Source of the DNA: an uncultured Nitrososphaerota archaeon
Lineage (GTDB): Archaea; Thermoproteota; Methanomethylicia; Nezhaarchaeales; WYZ-LMO8
Direction: 5' to 3'
DNA length: 57,162 nt
Assembly (NCBI GenBank): GCA_964562935.1
Contig: CAZLVJ010000001.1
Span: forward strand, 33,859-91,020
The notes beneath the pieces were generated by a model that worked only from the letters and a program-made list of their open reading frames with translations, did no database searches and had not been told where the DNA came from. Every line of letters starts with the position of its first letter. Position 1 is the first letter of the stretch. Shown here in pieces: positions 30,232 to 40,110 of the stretch. The position numbers and the translations under genes were made by a program.

Positions 30232-30402
30232 CGCGCTCGTTCTGTGAGGCCTCACGTTAACCATGAGGGCAAATCAGGGACTCTAGATACAATTCCCAAT
30301 GGCTTGCGCTATAGAGTTCGCTGACGTGCTATGGATGTGCTGTAAAAGTTTTTTAGTCTCTAAGCGTTAGAGGAGTGTCACGATTATTTGAGGTGCCAAG
30401 GG

Positions 30403-32607
30403 ATGGTGAAGTTCAAGCAGACTGAGGAGATCCTTAAGATCATGAGAAATCGTGAATTTGTCAGAAACATCGGTACCCTAGCTCATGTAGATCATGGTAA
30501 GACGACCCTCAGCGACAGTCTGTTGATGGCGGCCGGCATGATCTCTCCTAAAGTGGCTGGCAAGGCCTTAGCGCTCGATTATGTCGAGATAGAGCAGCTT
30601 AGGCAGATGACCGTTAAGGCTGCCAACGTGTCCCTATATCATGAGTGGGAAGGTAAGCCCTACGTCATTAACTTGGTCGACACCCCTGGCCACGTCGATT
30701 TTACAGGTCACGTGACTCGTAGCTTACGCGTTATGGACGGGGCCATTGTCGTGGTCGACGCCGTAGAGGGCGTCATGACCCAGACGGAGACTGTCGTCAG
30801 GCAAGCCATGGAGGAGCGCGTCAGGCCTCTCTTATACATCAACAAGGTCGACCGCTTGATTAAGGAGCTCAAGCTCAGCGCTAACGAGGTCCAGCAGAGG
30901 TTTGTGGGCATCATCAGAGACTTTAACGCTTTGATAGATCTATACGCCGATCCTGAGTTTAGGAATAACTGGAAGGTCGATCCAGCAAAGGGTCAAGTGG
31001 CTTTCGGCTCAGCCCTTCATAAGTGGGGTTTGACAATCCCCATCGCTCAGCAAAAGGGCGTAAGGTTCAGCTACATCGTCGACGCCTATGAGAGGGGTTA
31101 CTACGACAAGCTCGCTGAGGACTTCCCCCTCTACGCTGCCATCTTGGACATGGTTGTTGAGCACGTTCCCAACCCCGTGGAGGCCCAGAGATATCGACTT
31201 CCCAAGATTTGGAGGGGCGACCTCGACTCTCCCGTAGGTAAGGCAATGCTGAACTGTGACGACCAAGGTCCCCTGGTAGTATGCGTGAGCAAAGTCGTGG
31301 CCGACCCTCATGCTGGCTTAGTGGCGACAGGTCGTGTTTTTAGCGGAACGGTCGAAGAGGCTCGCGAGGTCTACTTGATGATGGCTAGAGCTACGGAGAG
31401 GATTACACAAGTCGGCCTCTACATGGGTCCTTATCGCGAGGTCTGCGAGAGCGTAACCGCTGGCAACATTGCCGCCATGCTCGGCTTGGAGCATGCTAGG
31501 GCTGGGGAGACGGTCATAGATCCCGCGCTGAAGGGTAGCATGATTCCATTCGAGAGGCTCCGCTACATTAGCGAGCCCGTCGTAACTATCGCCATCGAGC
31601 CCAAGAAGAGTAGCGACCTCCCGAAGCTCGTCGAGGCCCTCAGGAAGATGGCCATAGAGGATCCGACCCTCCACGTCAAGATAAACCAAGAGACGGGCGA
31701 GTACCTGATAGCTGGCATGGGCCAGCTCCATTTAGAGATAGCTCTTTGGGACCTCAAGCAGAGGACGGGGATTGAGGTCGTCACCTCCCCGCCCATAGTC
31801 GTTTATCGAGAAAGCATAAGGAAGAGCGTGGGTCCCTTCGAAGGCAAGTCTCCCAACAAGCACAACAGGGTCTACGTAGTCGTCGAGCCCCTGAACGAGG
31901 AGACTCTCCGCCTCTTGGAGATGGGCAAGATCTACGACGACCAGGACTGGCGCGAGCGTGCCAAGATCTTGAGGGAGGAAGCTGGCTGGGACGCCGACGA
32001 AGCTAGGGGTATATGGGCTATCGACGACTTCTTCAACATATTTGTCGACGCCACAAAAGGCGTCCAGTACTTAAGGGACGTCAAGGACACCCTGATCTCA
32101 GGGTTCAGATGGGCCTTGGCCGAAGGCCCCCTTTGCCATGAGCCTTGCCGTGGAGTCAAGGTTAAGCTGGTCGATGCCCTAATCCACGAAGACCCAGCCC
32201 ACCGCGGTCCGGCACAGCTCATGCCAGCCCTTCGAGACGCAACCTTCGCGGCCTTCTTGTCCGCTAGACCTACGCTTCTGGAGCCAGTCTTGAAGATCGA
32301 GGCCAAGTGCCCCGCCGACTACATATCTGGGCTGACTAGGGTATTGATGACTAGGCGCGGCAAGATCGCGAGCTTAGAGTCTCAGGAGCTACTAATGATT
32401 TTGAAAGGCGAGATCCCTGTCGCTGAGACCTTCGACCTAGCAAACGAAATTAGGAGCGCTACCGCTGGGCGTGCCTTTTGGGCCACAGAGTTCAAGGGTT
32501 GGCAACCCGTCCCAGAGTCCATGCTTCAGGACTTGATACTGAAGATACGTGAGAGGAAGGGCTTACCGAAGACTATTCCAAAGCCAGAGGACTTTATGCC
32601 CCTATAG
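30403..32607 (+). CDS. fusA: translation elongation factor aEF-2
   Basis: [18 protein letters not shown] and NKVDR G motifs, and the diphthamide loop HEDPAHRGPAQ. ATG 30403 has AGGTG 8 nt upstream, so the TTG 30388 extension is unlikely. Uninterrupted. Confidence 0.95.
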   Translation: MVKFKQTEEILKIMRNREFVRNIGTLAHVDHGKTTLSDSLLMAAGMISPKVAGKALALDYVEIEQLRQMTVKAANVSLYHEWEGKPYVINLVDTPGHVDFTGHVTRSLRVMDGAIVVVDAVEGVMTQTETVVRQAMEERVRPLLYINKVDRLIKELKLSANEVQQRFVGIIRDFNALIDLYADPEFRNNWKVDPAKGQVAFGSALHKWGLTIPIAQQKGVRFSYIVDAYERGYYDKLAEDFPLYAAILDMVVEHVPNPVEAQRYRLPKIWRGDLDSPVGKAMLNCDDQGPLVVCVSKVVADPHAGLVATGRVFSGTVEEAREVYLMMARATERITQVGLYMGPYREVCESVTAGNIAAMLGLEHARAGETVIDPALKGSMIPFERLRYISEPVVTIAIEPKKSSDLPKLVEALRKMAIEDPTLHVKINQETGEYLIAGMGQLHLEIALWDLKQRTGIEVVTSPPIVVYRESIRKSVGPFEGKSPNKHNRVYVVVEPLNEETLRLLEMGKIYDDQDWRERAKILREEAGWDADEARGIWAIDDFFNIFVDATKGVQYLRDVKDTLISGFRWALAEGPLCHEPCRGVKVKLVDALIHEDPAHRGPAQLMPALRDATFAAFLSARPTLLEPVLKIEAKCPADYISGLTRVLMTRRGKIASLESQELLMILKGEIPVAETFDLANEIRSATAGRAFWATEFKGWQPVPESMLQDLILKIRERKGLPKTIPKPEDFMPL

Positions 32608-32686
32608 CCCAATGACCGTTCAATTAAGGCTTGGGAGGCCTATTGTCGCACAGACTAATAGACTACCCGGCTCTCGCTAAGCAAGG

Positions 32687-33616
32687 TTGATCGCCTCCTC
32701 ACTTTCTGACAAATTCTCCTCACTCATTTCGTCAAATGGTGTGTTGCCTATGGATTGCACGACGGTGCTCGTGAACGGCCTTCTAACCTACGACTCTGGC
32801 AAGACCTATGTCGCTACGGCTTTGGCCAAAGCGCTCATCGAGAGGGGGTTAAAGGTCTCAGTCTTCAAACCTCTTGCTGGCCACTCTGCTTGGTACCAAT
32901 TCAACACCTTGCTACACAGCTTAGAGCACGGAGTTTTGGTCGGCGAGGACGTGCTAAAGTACAAGGAGCTATTGAACTTGAGCCTAGACTTCGAGCTAGT
33001 GAACCCCGTAGACCTCCTTTTAGCCCCTTTAGACCCTAATTACTTTAAGAAAGTAGGAGACTATCTGGAAGCCCTTTGCAATCAGTTTGAGCAACTAATC
33101 ATGGCAAGGATTAGTGACTGCCGTAATAGAACCACGAGGTACTACGTCGTTGAGGGCAATGCCTCAAGAGTAGTTCCTGGGCTAAGGCCTTGGGTTGAGA
33201 GATTAATTGGAAGGTTTAAGCCCGAACCCATTACGGCAAAGCGTTTTTTCGCCGACATACTGAATTCACGTGACGCTATAGAGTCGCTGGACTACGCCTT
33301 CAACACCCTTAAGTCGAGGGCCGACGTTCTCGTGGTAGAGTCCTTTAATGATGCGGCGGTTCCCCTCATGAACCTCTTAAACGACGTCGACGTTGTGTTG
33401 ACCGTTACGCCCGGCTACCTCTTCAGGTTGGACCCCGAGGACTTTAAGAAAGTTGTGAAGTCGTTCTACTCGAAGCTCGGCGAAAGAGGCTTGACCTTGA
33501 GCTTGATCTTTGATAGCATCGACGTTAAATCGAAGATTTCCTTGCCGATCGCAAGCTCAGTAAATGAGCTTGCAACTTTTATTTCACGACATCTTGAGTC
33601 CTTGTTGAGCACCTGA
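32687..33616 (+). CDS. predicted P-loop NTPase (dethiobiotin-synthase/CobQ-like fold), function unknown
   Basis: YDSGKTYVATALAKALIERGLKVSVFKP resembles the BioD/CbiA-type P-loop. The start may be Met 32750. Confidence 0.5.
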   Translation: MIASSLSDKFSSLISSNGVLPMDCTTVLVNGLLTYDSGKTYVATALAKALIERGLKVSVFKPLAGHSAWYQFNTLLHSLEHGVLVGEDVLKYKELLNLSLDFELVNPVDLLLAPLDPNYFKKVGDYLEALCNQFEQLIMARISDCRNRTTRYYVVEGNASRVVPGLRPWVERLIGRFKPEPITAKRFFADILNSRDAIESLDYAFNTLKSRADVLVVESFNDAAVPLMNLLNDVDVVLTVTPGYLFRLDPEDFKKVVKSFYSKLGERGLTLSLIFDSIDVKSKISLPIASSVNELATFISRHLESLLST

Positions 33617-33899
33617 GCGCTAGCTAGGGCAGTTTCTGGCCTTAAGCCCTCAAGTCACAAAAGGCCTCGCAAGAACCAAAAGCCTATAAGAGCTCTTAAG
33701 AAGGGCGGACCCATTTTACTAGTTCAGAGAAGGTTGCTCGGTGACATAAAGCCTGAGACTAGCAGGGCCCAGGCGCTACTAGAGGATGCCGTGAACGGTA
33801 AAGGGGGACGCTAAGAGCAGGAGGTACTTTATCTAGGACATAGGACATGCACTTCGGACATTTACGCACTACGTAAAAAGACGTGACCAAATGACGACG

Positions 33900-34631
33900 T
33901 TAAAGGGGCAATACGTTAACTAGTGCGACTCCAAATACTAAAGTAGCAAGTAGCGAGTAAAGGTAAACGTCCTTCCTCTTATACATCGTAAGCTTAGCAT
34001 CCATAGTCGGTGGGCCGTAAATCGAGTAGGACTCTGCAAGGCCTCGTGATGTTAAAAATGATAGAAGAGTCAGTGGCACGGCTATTTTGTAGGGCTTCTT
34101 GCCTTTGTACTTCAACTTTATGGTCGTAGCTGCTTCTGAAAGGCAATAGAGCGTAGTGGGTATTTGCAACAGCATCATTGAGAGGGCCAAGGCTTGTCTA
34201 TCAAGGCTAAGCTTACTCATCAAGCTCCTCAACTCTCGCAACGATATTAACTGAAACGGTAATGAGAAACCTAAGAAGAGGACTACGAGCCTCAGGGCGC
34301 CTGGCACTATTTGGACTGGGTTTGGGGCCAGCCATCCGAATAGATAGCTCATGTAAAAGACTAAAGTACCAGTGATTGCGAAGACCACTATCAGCTTCAG
34401 CCCGGCTAAGACTCCTCGTATCCCTCTCATGTGTGATGCTAAGCAGAGCTCGAAGGAAAATATGAGAGTCAGTCTTACAATTTCAGTCAATATGTTTCGA
34501 GAGAGAAAGCGAGTAATCAACAGCAGAGCTATGATCGTAGAAGCTGCTAGGGTCCTAGCCAGTGTGCTATAATCCTCTAGCTTTTTAGAGTAAGTGAGCA
34601 TGTACGATAGTTCTCTAAGCACCCTCCACAC
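33900..34631 (-). CDS. ECF transporter transmembrane (T) component, CbiQ/EcfT-like
   Basis: 243 aa with about 5-6 TM helices. Last gene of a 3-gene cluster and overlaps the ATPase gene by 17 nt. Confidence 0.6.
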   Translation of the reverse strand: MWRVLRELSYMLTYSKKLEDYSTLARTLAASTIIALLLITRFLSRNILTEIVRLTLIFSFELCLASHMRGIRGVLAGLKLIVVFAITGTLVFYMSYLFGWLAPNPVQIVPGALRLVVLFLGFSLPFQLISLRELRSLMSKLSLDRQALALSMMLLQIPTTLYCLSEAATTIKLKYKGKKPYKIAVPLTLLSFLTSRGLAESYSIYGPPTMDAKLTMYKRKDVYLYSLLATLVFGVALVNVLPL

Positions 34632-36054
34632 CCACGAGCTCCCTATAGAGCTTGGAAGCGTAAGTTAGTGACGTGGTCCCAGTAGTGCCCATCTCCGTTA
34701 GCTTACCAGTCTCTAGCCTATAGAGCTTGGTCCAGTAAGGAACCTCTATGGCGTCGAGGTTGCTAGTCGCCACTACGACTGTGGTGTTGCTCTTGGCCAA
34801 CTGCTCCAGCAATTCAAGCCTGTCCTCGTACGTCAACCCCGAGAATGGCTCATCCAAGAGCAAGACGCCGATGTCTAACGTGGAGGCGAGCCCTACTGCT
34901 AACTTGACCATCTGGCCATAGCTCAAGTTAAAGGGGGATGACTCGGGATCTACGCCCAATCTCCTTACAACGTCCAGCCCTAGCCCCACCTTAGACTTCA
35001 TCCCCCTGACCTTGAACATCTCCATAACCTCCTTCTCGACCGTGCTCTCCGTGTAGAAGAGAGCAATGTTTTGGGGCACGTAGAGCGTACTGGCCCTCCG
35101 CAGGACTTGTCCTTTGTGGGGCTTTAAGTATCCGGCTAAGATTTTCAAGAGCGTCGTCTTGCCCTGACCATTGAGGCCATAAATTAGAACAGCATCTCCT
35201 CTGCGCAACTGCATGCTTACGCCCTTAAGTACGTAGTCCCCTCTAATATCGTACTTAAAGTACAAATTCCTAGCCTCTAGTAAAACGTCTTCACAATTAA
35301 CCCCTTTCTCTGAGCGAAAGCCATAAAGTAATCGGCAGGGGGGTGCCTCAAGCGCTAGTGATGCCTTATCGGTCACGTCTACGAGCCTGCCGCCCTTGAG
35401 CACATAGACTTTGTTGACGTACTTCAATAGCGGTATGAACCTGTGTTCAAAGATTATCGCGGCCCTCTTGAGTCTCCTCAGAGTCTCGAGTAGCCTCACG
35501 AAGTCTTTCACGCCTTGATCGTCAAGCCACATCAACGGCTCGTCAAAGATAAAGAGCATGGAATCAGAAATTAGTGCCTTCGCTACTAAAGCCCTCCTAG
35601 CTTCTCCACCAGAAATCTCAAAGAAGTACCTCTCAGTCAACCCTCTTATGCCAGTAGCATCCATGGCTTTGTTAAGTACGTCGCTGGCCAGTCGTTCGTT
35701 GCTGTGTACTTTTAGGGCATGGCTGTATAGATCATCGCCGACAAGCGGCTCGACGAAGTAGAGGTAGGGGTTTTGACCGATGAGTGCCACGCGACGAATT
35801 AGTGCTTCGTAATTCCCCTCGTTAACCTCCGTCCCGTTTAATATGATCCTCCCCTTTATGTCGCACTCGTAGATCGTCTTTGCCAGCCCGGTAATCGCTC
35901 TAGCCAGAGTTGTCTTGCCAGACCCCGTCTCTCCTATTATGAGGACTCGCTCCTCTCTATTCACTTGTAGGTCTACTCCCCTCAGGATCCAATCACTATT
36001 TGGGTACCTAACCCATAGGCCCACAACCTCGAGCACTAGCTTGCTTTCCCTCAT
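34615..36054 (-). CDS. ECF/ABC transporter ATPase, duplicated (two ABC domains fused)
   Basis: Two Walker A motifs (GETGSGKTTL, GLNGQGKTTL), two signatures (ISGGEARR, LSYGQMVK) and two Walker B motifs (LFIFDEP, VLLLDEP). Confidence 0.9.
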   Translation of the reverse strand: MRESKLVLEVVGLWVRYPNSDWILRGVDLQVNREERVLIIGETGSGKTTLARAITGLAKTIYECDIKGRIILNGTEVNEGNYEALIRRVALIGQNPYLYFVEPLVGDDLYSHALKVHSNERLASDVLNKAMDATGIRGLTERYFFEISGGEARRALVAKALISDSMLFIFDEPLMWLDDQGVKDFVRLLETLRRLKRAAIIFEHRFIPLLKYVNKVYVLKGGRLVDVTDKASLALEAPPCRLLYGFRSEKGVNCEDVLLEARNLYFKYDIRGDYVLKGVSMQLRRGDAVLIYGLNGQGKTTLLKILAGYLKPHKGQVLRRASTLYVPQNIALFYTESTVEKEVMEMFKVRGMKSKVGLGLDVVRRLGVDPESSPFNLSYGQMVKLAVGLASTLDIGVLLLDEPFSGLTYEDRLELLEQLAKSNTTVVVATSNLDAIEVPYWTKLYRLETGKLTEMGTTGTTSLTYASKLYRELVGVEGA

Positions 36055-36638
36055 TTCAAATACCCCGACCTCTTCAATATCGCGTAAACCGTGATTGAGG
36101 CGGAAGCCACTATTAGTGCTAACGTTAAGTTGAAGACGGCTATGTGGGGCATGTAAATAATGACGAATGCCTCAGCCTCTCTGAGGTCCTTTACCCAGCC
36201 GGCCCAAACCAACCAGTACGGCGTGACTATGTAGTTTGCAAGCGACATTACGACGACCCTAGAGAGGAGGGCCGCTGTAGTTGCTAGTGTGGTAGCGGCC
36301 CTTGCCGAAATTCTCTTTGAGGCCGCTCCATGTATTAATGTCAACGGGGCAAATGTCGAGGCCTCGCTCAAACACTTCATGGCCATGCCTATGGCATCGA
36401 AGCCAAGCGCGACTGAAGCTATGTAGTAGAGCGGTAGGAGGCCAAAGACATACTTGAGGGAGACGAAAGCCATTAGCGTTAGCGGAATACCAGAAACGTC
36501 GTACTTCAAGAATGGGGCTGGCGGATAAGGCAGTTCAAATACCTTAAGTACGACAGCTAATGCCGTGAGGCCAGAGAGGTAAGATACTGTCTTCAGGCTC
36601 ACTGCGTTTGGGGCCCTGTATACAGACGCCTTAGACAT
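36051..36638 (-). CDS. ECF-type substrate-capture (S) component-like membrane protein
   Basis: 195 aa with about 6 TM helices. First gene of the cluster, with a 4-nt overlap onto the ATPase gene. Confidence 0.5.
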   Translation of the reverse strand: MSKASVYRAPNAVSLKTVSYLSGLTALAVVLKVFELPYPPAPFLKYDVSGIPLTLMAFVSLKYVFGLLPLYYIASVALGFDAIGMAMKCLSEASTFAPLTLIHGAASKRISARAATTLATTAALLSRVVVMSLANYIVTPYWLVWAGWVKDLREAEAFVIIYMPHIAVFNLTLALIVASASITVYAILKRSGYLK

Positions 36639-36823
36639 GGTGTTTCACTTCGCGATTACGCATATCATGAAGTCACTAATTATTTAAGAGTTATTACTTA
36701 AAAAAGGGTAAATAATGTACTCTCTAAGATCGAGGTCACTGCTCTCCCACTAGCTATGGCTTGGCTTGCTGACTTGACGACAGTTTTTCCCCTTTCCCAC
36801 TCACGCTACGCTTAGGTGGTCCT

Positions 36824-37603
36824 GTGGAAGCCTTTACCGTAGAGATAATAACTGTGGGAAACGAACTCCTAAGTGGGCGAGTGGTAAACACTAATGCCTC
36901 TTGGATCGCTGACCGCGTCACCAGATTGGGAGGGCTGGTCAAGAGGATTACAACCGTGAGCGACGACGTCGGAGAGTGTGGTGCGGTCATAAGGGAGGCC
37001 TTAGCTCGTAGGCCCAAGTTAATAATTACGACAGGAGGTCTGGGTCCGACGTTCGACGACAGAACCCTCGAGAGCATAGCCATTGCCTTGGGCATTCCCC
37101 TAGAACTTAACGAAGAAGCGTTGCGCATGGTCAAAGAGAAGTATAGAGAAGACGTAACACCTTCTAGGCTCAAGATGGCTAAGCTCCCAAGAGGGGGTAA
37201 GCCCCTCTATAACCCCGTGGGAACGGCTCCTGGATGCCTGATAGAAGTCGACGACATGATCATCGTGGCTCTTCCGGGCGTGCCATCGGAGATGAAGGCC
37301 ATGTTTGAGGTGCACGTCGAGCCAATCATTTTGAGGCTTTCTCGTGTGGCATATGCTTCGAGACTTGTTAGAGTGGACATGATCGAAGAGTCTTCTCTGG
37401 CACCAATAATAGAGGAGGTCATAAAGAGGTGCAAGGCCGTGTACGTGAAATCGCATCCCAAGAGGGACGGAAAAACATACATAGAAGTTGAAGTGTCATC
37501 TAGAGCGCCGACGACGGGGGAGGCCGAAGAGAACGTCGCGGCGGCCTGTAAGTTGCTCAAAGAGCTGGTAGCGAGATCGAGCGCTAAGGCCCAGGAGCTC
37601 TAG
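36824..37603 (+). CDS. CinA-like / MoCF-biosynthesis (MoaB-MogA fold) domain protein
   Basis: VEIITVGNELLSGRVVNTNASWIADRVTRLGG and ITTGGLGPTFDD are the canonical CinA N-domain motifs. GTG start. Confidence 0.8.
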   Translation: MEAFTVEIITVGNELLSGRVVNTNASWIADRVTRLGGLVKRITTVSDDVGECGAVIREALARRPKLIITTGGLGPTFDDRTLESIAIALGIPLELNEEALRMVKEKYREDVTPSRLKMAKLPRGGKPLYNPVGTAPGCLIEVDDMIIVALPGVPSEMKAMFEVHVEPIILRLSRVAYASRLVRVDMIEESSLAPIIEEVIKRCKAVYVKSHPKRDGKTYIEVEVSSRAPTTGEAEENVAAACKLLKELVARSSAKAQEL

Positions 37604-37647
37604 GGGCCATGCTATTGCCAAATCTCTTGCTAATGCAGTGGGATCGA

Positions 37648-38769
37648 TCACGTGGTGAGGGACAACCTCGCAGCTAAGCCCGCTAACCTCCTCAAGGCTT
37701 CCCTCTTTTCCCTCCAGTTGACGCTAGACTTGTCGACCGCCTCCTCTAAGAAGCTTATGGCTTCGTCCATTCGTTTTACGTCGACTGGATGTGGCAGACC
37801 GTCCTTTCCGCCAAAGGCGAAGGAGTACTTAACCGGGTCTCTCCAGCTCAACTTTGCCCCAAATATCAGCTCTGCTATTAGCGCCAAGCTCCTTATGGTC
37901 AGGGGCCCCATGCCCTCTATTAACAGAAGCTCCTCGAAGCTCGAAGGGCTCAGCTGAAGGGCTTTCTCTAGCGCGAGCCAGTTGACGAATCGTGGGAGCT
38001 TGTAGACCTCTACGTCTATAACGTCTTGTCTCCGGAGCCAAGCATCCAGCGGCCCTCTTGTCTTAGCCATAGCGGCTTTTAGAAGCCTGCTGACCTTTTC
38101 GGGCCCCTCTTTGGCGACATCAACGCAAAGCCTTCTAGCCTCTGAGCTCTCTTTGTCGGTCAGGTTCAAGACATGGTTGTGAACCACGCTCCCCACGATT
38201 CCCTTGTGGGGCTCTTCGCTGAAGCTCTTGAGCTCGGTTGAGAGCCAGTGAAACCTCCTGGCGAACCTCTCTAAAGGTCTCATGCCTTGTTGTATCACGG
38301 CCCAAGAACCGTCTTCAGCTATAAAGAATGTGTGGTGGTAGAGCTGATAGCCAGCTTGTATGGCCGACGTATCTATCTTGGCCACAAGCCTGCTAATCCT
38401 GACAAAGCTCGAGGCCTCGTCCTCCATTCCATAGGACTTGCATACGTAGACTATCTCCTGAGGCGTGAGTCTCGAGGCCTTGCCCTTCCCTCCGCATGCC
38501 CTCACCCCCAACTCCTTTTCCCTCAGCGCCTCCTTGATCGCTGCGCATGTAACGGTCGTGGTGCCACTACTGTCCCAGTCATAGCCCAAGGCACACGCTA
38601 AGGCCTGAAACCACAGGGGGTCGGCGATCTTCTCTAAGAGCCCTAAGGGGCCGTACTCGTCGACGACGATAGCCAGCACGCACTTCGCTAGCTTGACCAT
38701 CCTCTCATAGAGCCATCTAGGCGCTTTGCCGTCATGTAACGGTAAATCGAAGGCCCTCCTGTATGTCAT
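37648..38769 (-). CDS. DUF763-family archaeal protein
   Basis: N-terminus DLPLHDGKAPRWLYERMVKLA and the YDWDSSGTTTV motif match my recollection of DUF763. Confidence 0.55.
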   Translation of the reverse strand: MTYRRAFDLPLHDGKAPRWLYERMVKLAKCVLAIVVDEYGPLGLLEKIADPLWFQALACALGYDWDSSGTTTVTCAAIKEALREKELGVRACGGKGKASRLTPQEIVYVCKSYGMEDEASSFVRISRLVAKIDTSAIQAGYQLYHHTFFIAEDGSWAVIQQGMRPLERFARRFHWLSTELKSFSEEPHKGIVGSVVHNHVLNLTDKESSEARRLCVDVAKEGPEKVSRLLKAAMAKTRGPLDAWLRRQDVIDVEVYKLPRFVNWLALEKALQLSPSSFEELLLIEGMGPLTIRSLALIAELIFGAKLSWRDPVKYSFAFGGKDGLPHPVDVKRMDEAISFLEEAVDKSSVNWREKREALRRLAGLAARLSLTT

Positions 38770-38892
38770 TGAAATTACTTTAACGAGCAGAGCTTTAAGC
38801 CTTTCAATCCATCCTCTTTAAATCTTATATAACTGACAAAGCCCATAGCTTTTCTGGGAGATGAGCCTGTTACGATTAGGAGTTAAGGAGTT

Positions 38893-39342
38893 ATGGAGGG
38901 AATTGATGAAATAGACCTAAAGATCCTCAGAATGTTGCAAGAAAACGCCAGAACACCCTTTTCAAAAATAGCTTCCAGCATCGGGGTTAGCGAAGCCACT
39001 GTTCACCTCAGGGTCCAGAAGCTCAAGAGGCTGGGAGTTATTAAGGGATTTAGAGCGACGATAGACCCGGCAAAGGTTGGGAAGGGGCTTACTGCTATAG
39101 TTCTGCTAAAGGCCGATCCCCTAAAGTTCAAAGAGGTTTTAAAGAGAGTGGCCTCAATAGACGACGTCTACGAGGTCTACGACGTCACGGGCGAGTACTA
39201 CGCCGTCTTGAAAATAAGGACTAGCACTAGGGAGAGCTTGGCCAAGATAATAGACAAGATAGGAGAGATCGAGGGAGTGACGTCGACCCAAACCATGGTG
39301 GTCCTGCGCACGATAAAGGAAGAGGATGTGATAAACTTCTAG
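38893..39342 (+). CDS. Lrp/AsnC family transcriptional regulator
   Basis: IDLKILRMLQENARTPFSKIASSIGVSEATVHLRVQKL (HTH) followed by an RAM/ACT-like C-domain. 149 aa. Confidence 0.9.
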   Translation: MEGIDEIDLKILRMLQENARTPFSKIASSIGVSEATVHLRVQKLKRLGVIKGFRATIDPAKVGKGLTAIVLLKADPLKFKEVLKRVASIDDVYEVYDVTGEYYAVLKIRTSTRESLAKIIDKIGEIEGVTSTQTMVVLRTIKEEDVINF

Positions 39343-40110
39343 TCAAAGCTGGAAAAAGCTCTTCGAGTTCGAGTACAACACCTCGTATGTTTCGTTTAAG
39401 TCTATCTTCTTGATCTCAGCTATCTTAGTGGCCGAGATCACCACGTTTGAGGGCTCGTTCCTCTTCCCCGGCTCGGGGCCTAGTACGGGGGCGTCGCTCT
39501 CGACCATCAAGTACTCTATGGGGATGGACTTCACAAGCTTGACCTTTTGCTGAGACCTCATTACTGAAGGAGGTATCGAGAACATGAAGCCCCTAGAAAC
39601 GCCTTTTAAGGCCCATCCGCTGCTTCCATCGAAGGCGTGCATCAGAACCCTATCATAGCCCTCTTTTGCTATGACCTCGATGGCATACTTCCCAGCACTC
39701 CTTGAGTGAACTATTAAAGGTAGCTTCAACTCCGAGGCTACGTTGATCCAGAACCTAAAGATCTCGACTTGTCTTTCTCGCTCTCCTCCTTTCACGTAAA
39801 AGAAGTCTAAGCCTACCTCTCCTATGGCCACAATTTTGTCGCGAAGCCTCTTTATTTCACGAGCGACCCCTTCCGCGTCGATCGCTGAGAGGTTCAACGG
39901 GTCAAACCCAGCTGACACCCTAACGCAACCATACTTCTTGGCTATACTCAACGCCTTCTCTAACTCTCGCATGTTTAGCGCAGAGGTGATGATGATTTCA
40001 ACACCGCTATTCAGAGCCCTTTCTACGACCTCGTCTCTGTCGCCGTCAAAGACCTCATCGTGTAAGTGACAATGGACGTCAATAAACCTTGGCCCTCCTC
40101 TCCTCGACAT
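39343..40110 (-). CDS. tatD: TatD-family metal-dependent hydrolase
   Basis: FIDVHCHL N-terminal motif, AIGEVGLDF, HSR, and MVESDAP near the C-terminus. Confidence 0.9.
   Translation of the reverse strand: MSRRGGPRFIDVHCHLHDEVFDGDRDEVVERALNSGVEIIITSALNMRELEKALSIAKKYGCVRVSAGFDPLNLSAIDAEGVAREIKRLRDKIVAIGEVGLDFFYVKGGERERQVEIFRFWINVASELKLPLIVHSRSAGKYAIEVIAKEGYDRVLMHAFDGSSGWALKGVSRGFMFSIPPSVMRSQQKVKLVKSIPIEYLMVESDAPVLGPEPGKRNEPSNVVISATKIAEIKKIDLNETYEVLYSNSKSFFQL

Noticed and set aside
30388-30402. TTG-initiated 5-codon N-terminal extension of aEF-2 (MRCQG)
   Set aside because: ATG 30403 has an AGGTG SD at ideal spacing and gives the canonical MVKFKQTEEI... N-terminus.
33836-33861. Three GGACAT copies within 26 nt (33836, 33843, 33856) in the convergent spacer downstream of the ECF T-component gene
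   Set aside because: The hexamer is too short and the spacing is irregular. No supporting structure or second locus was found.
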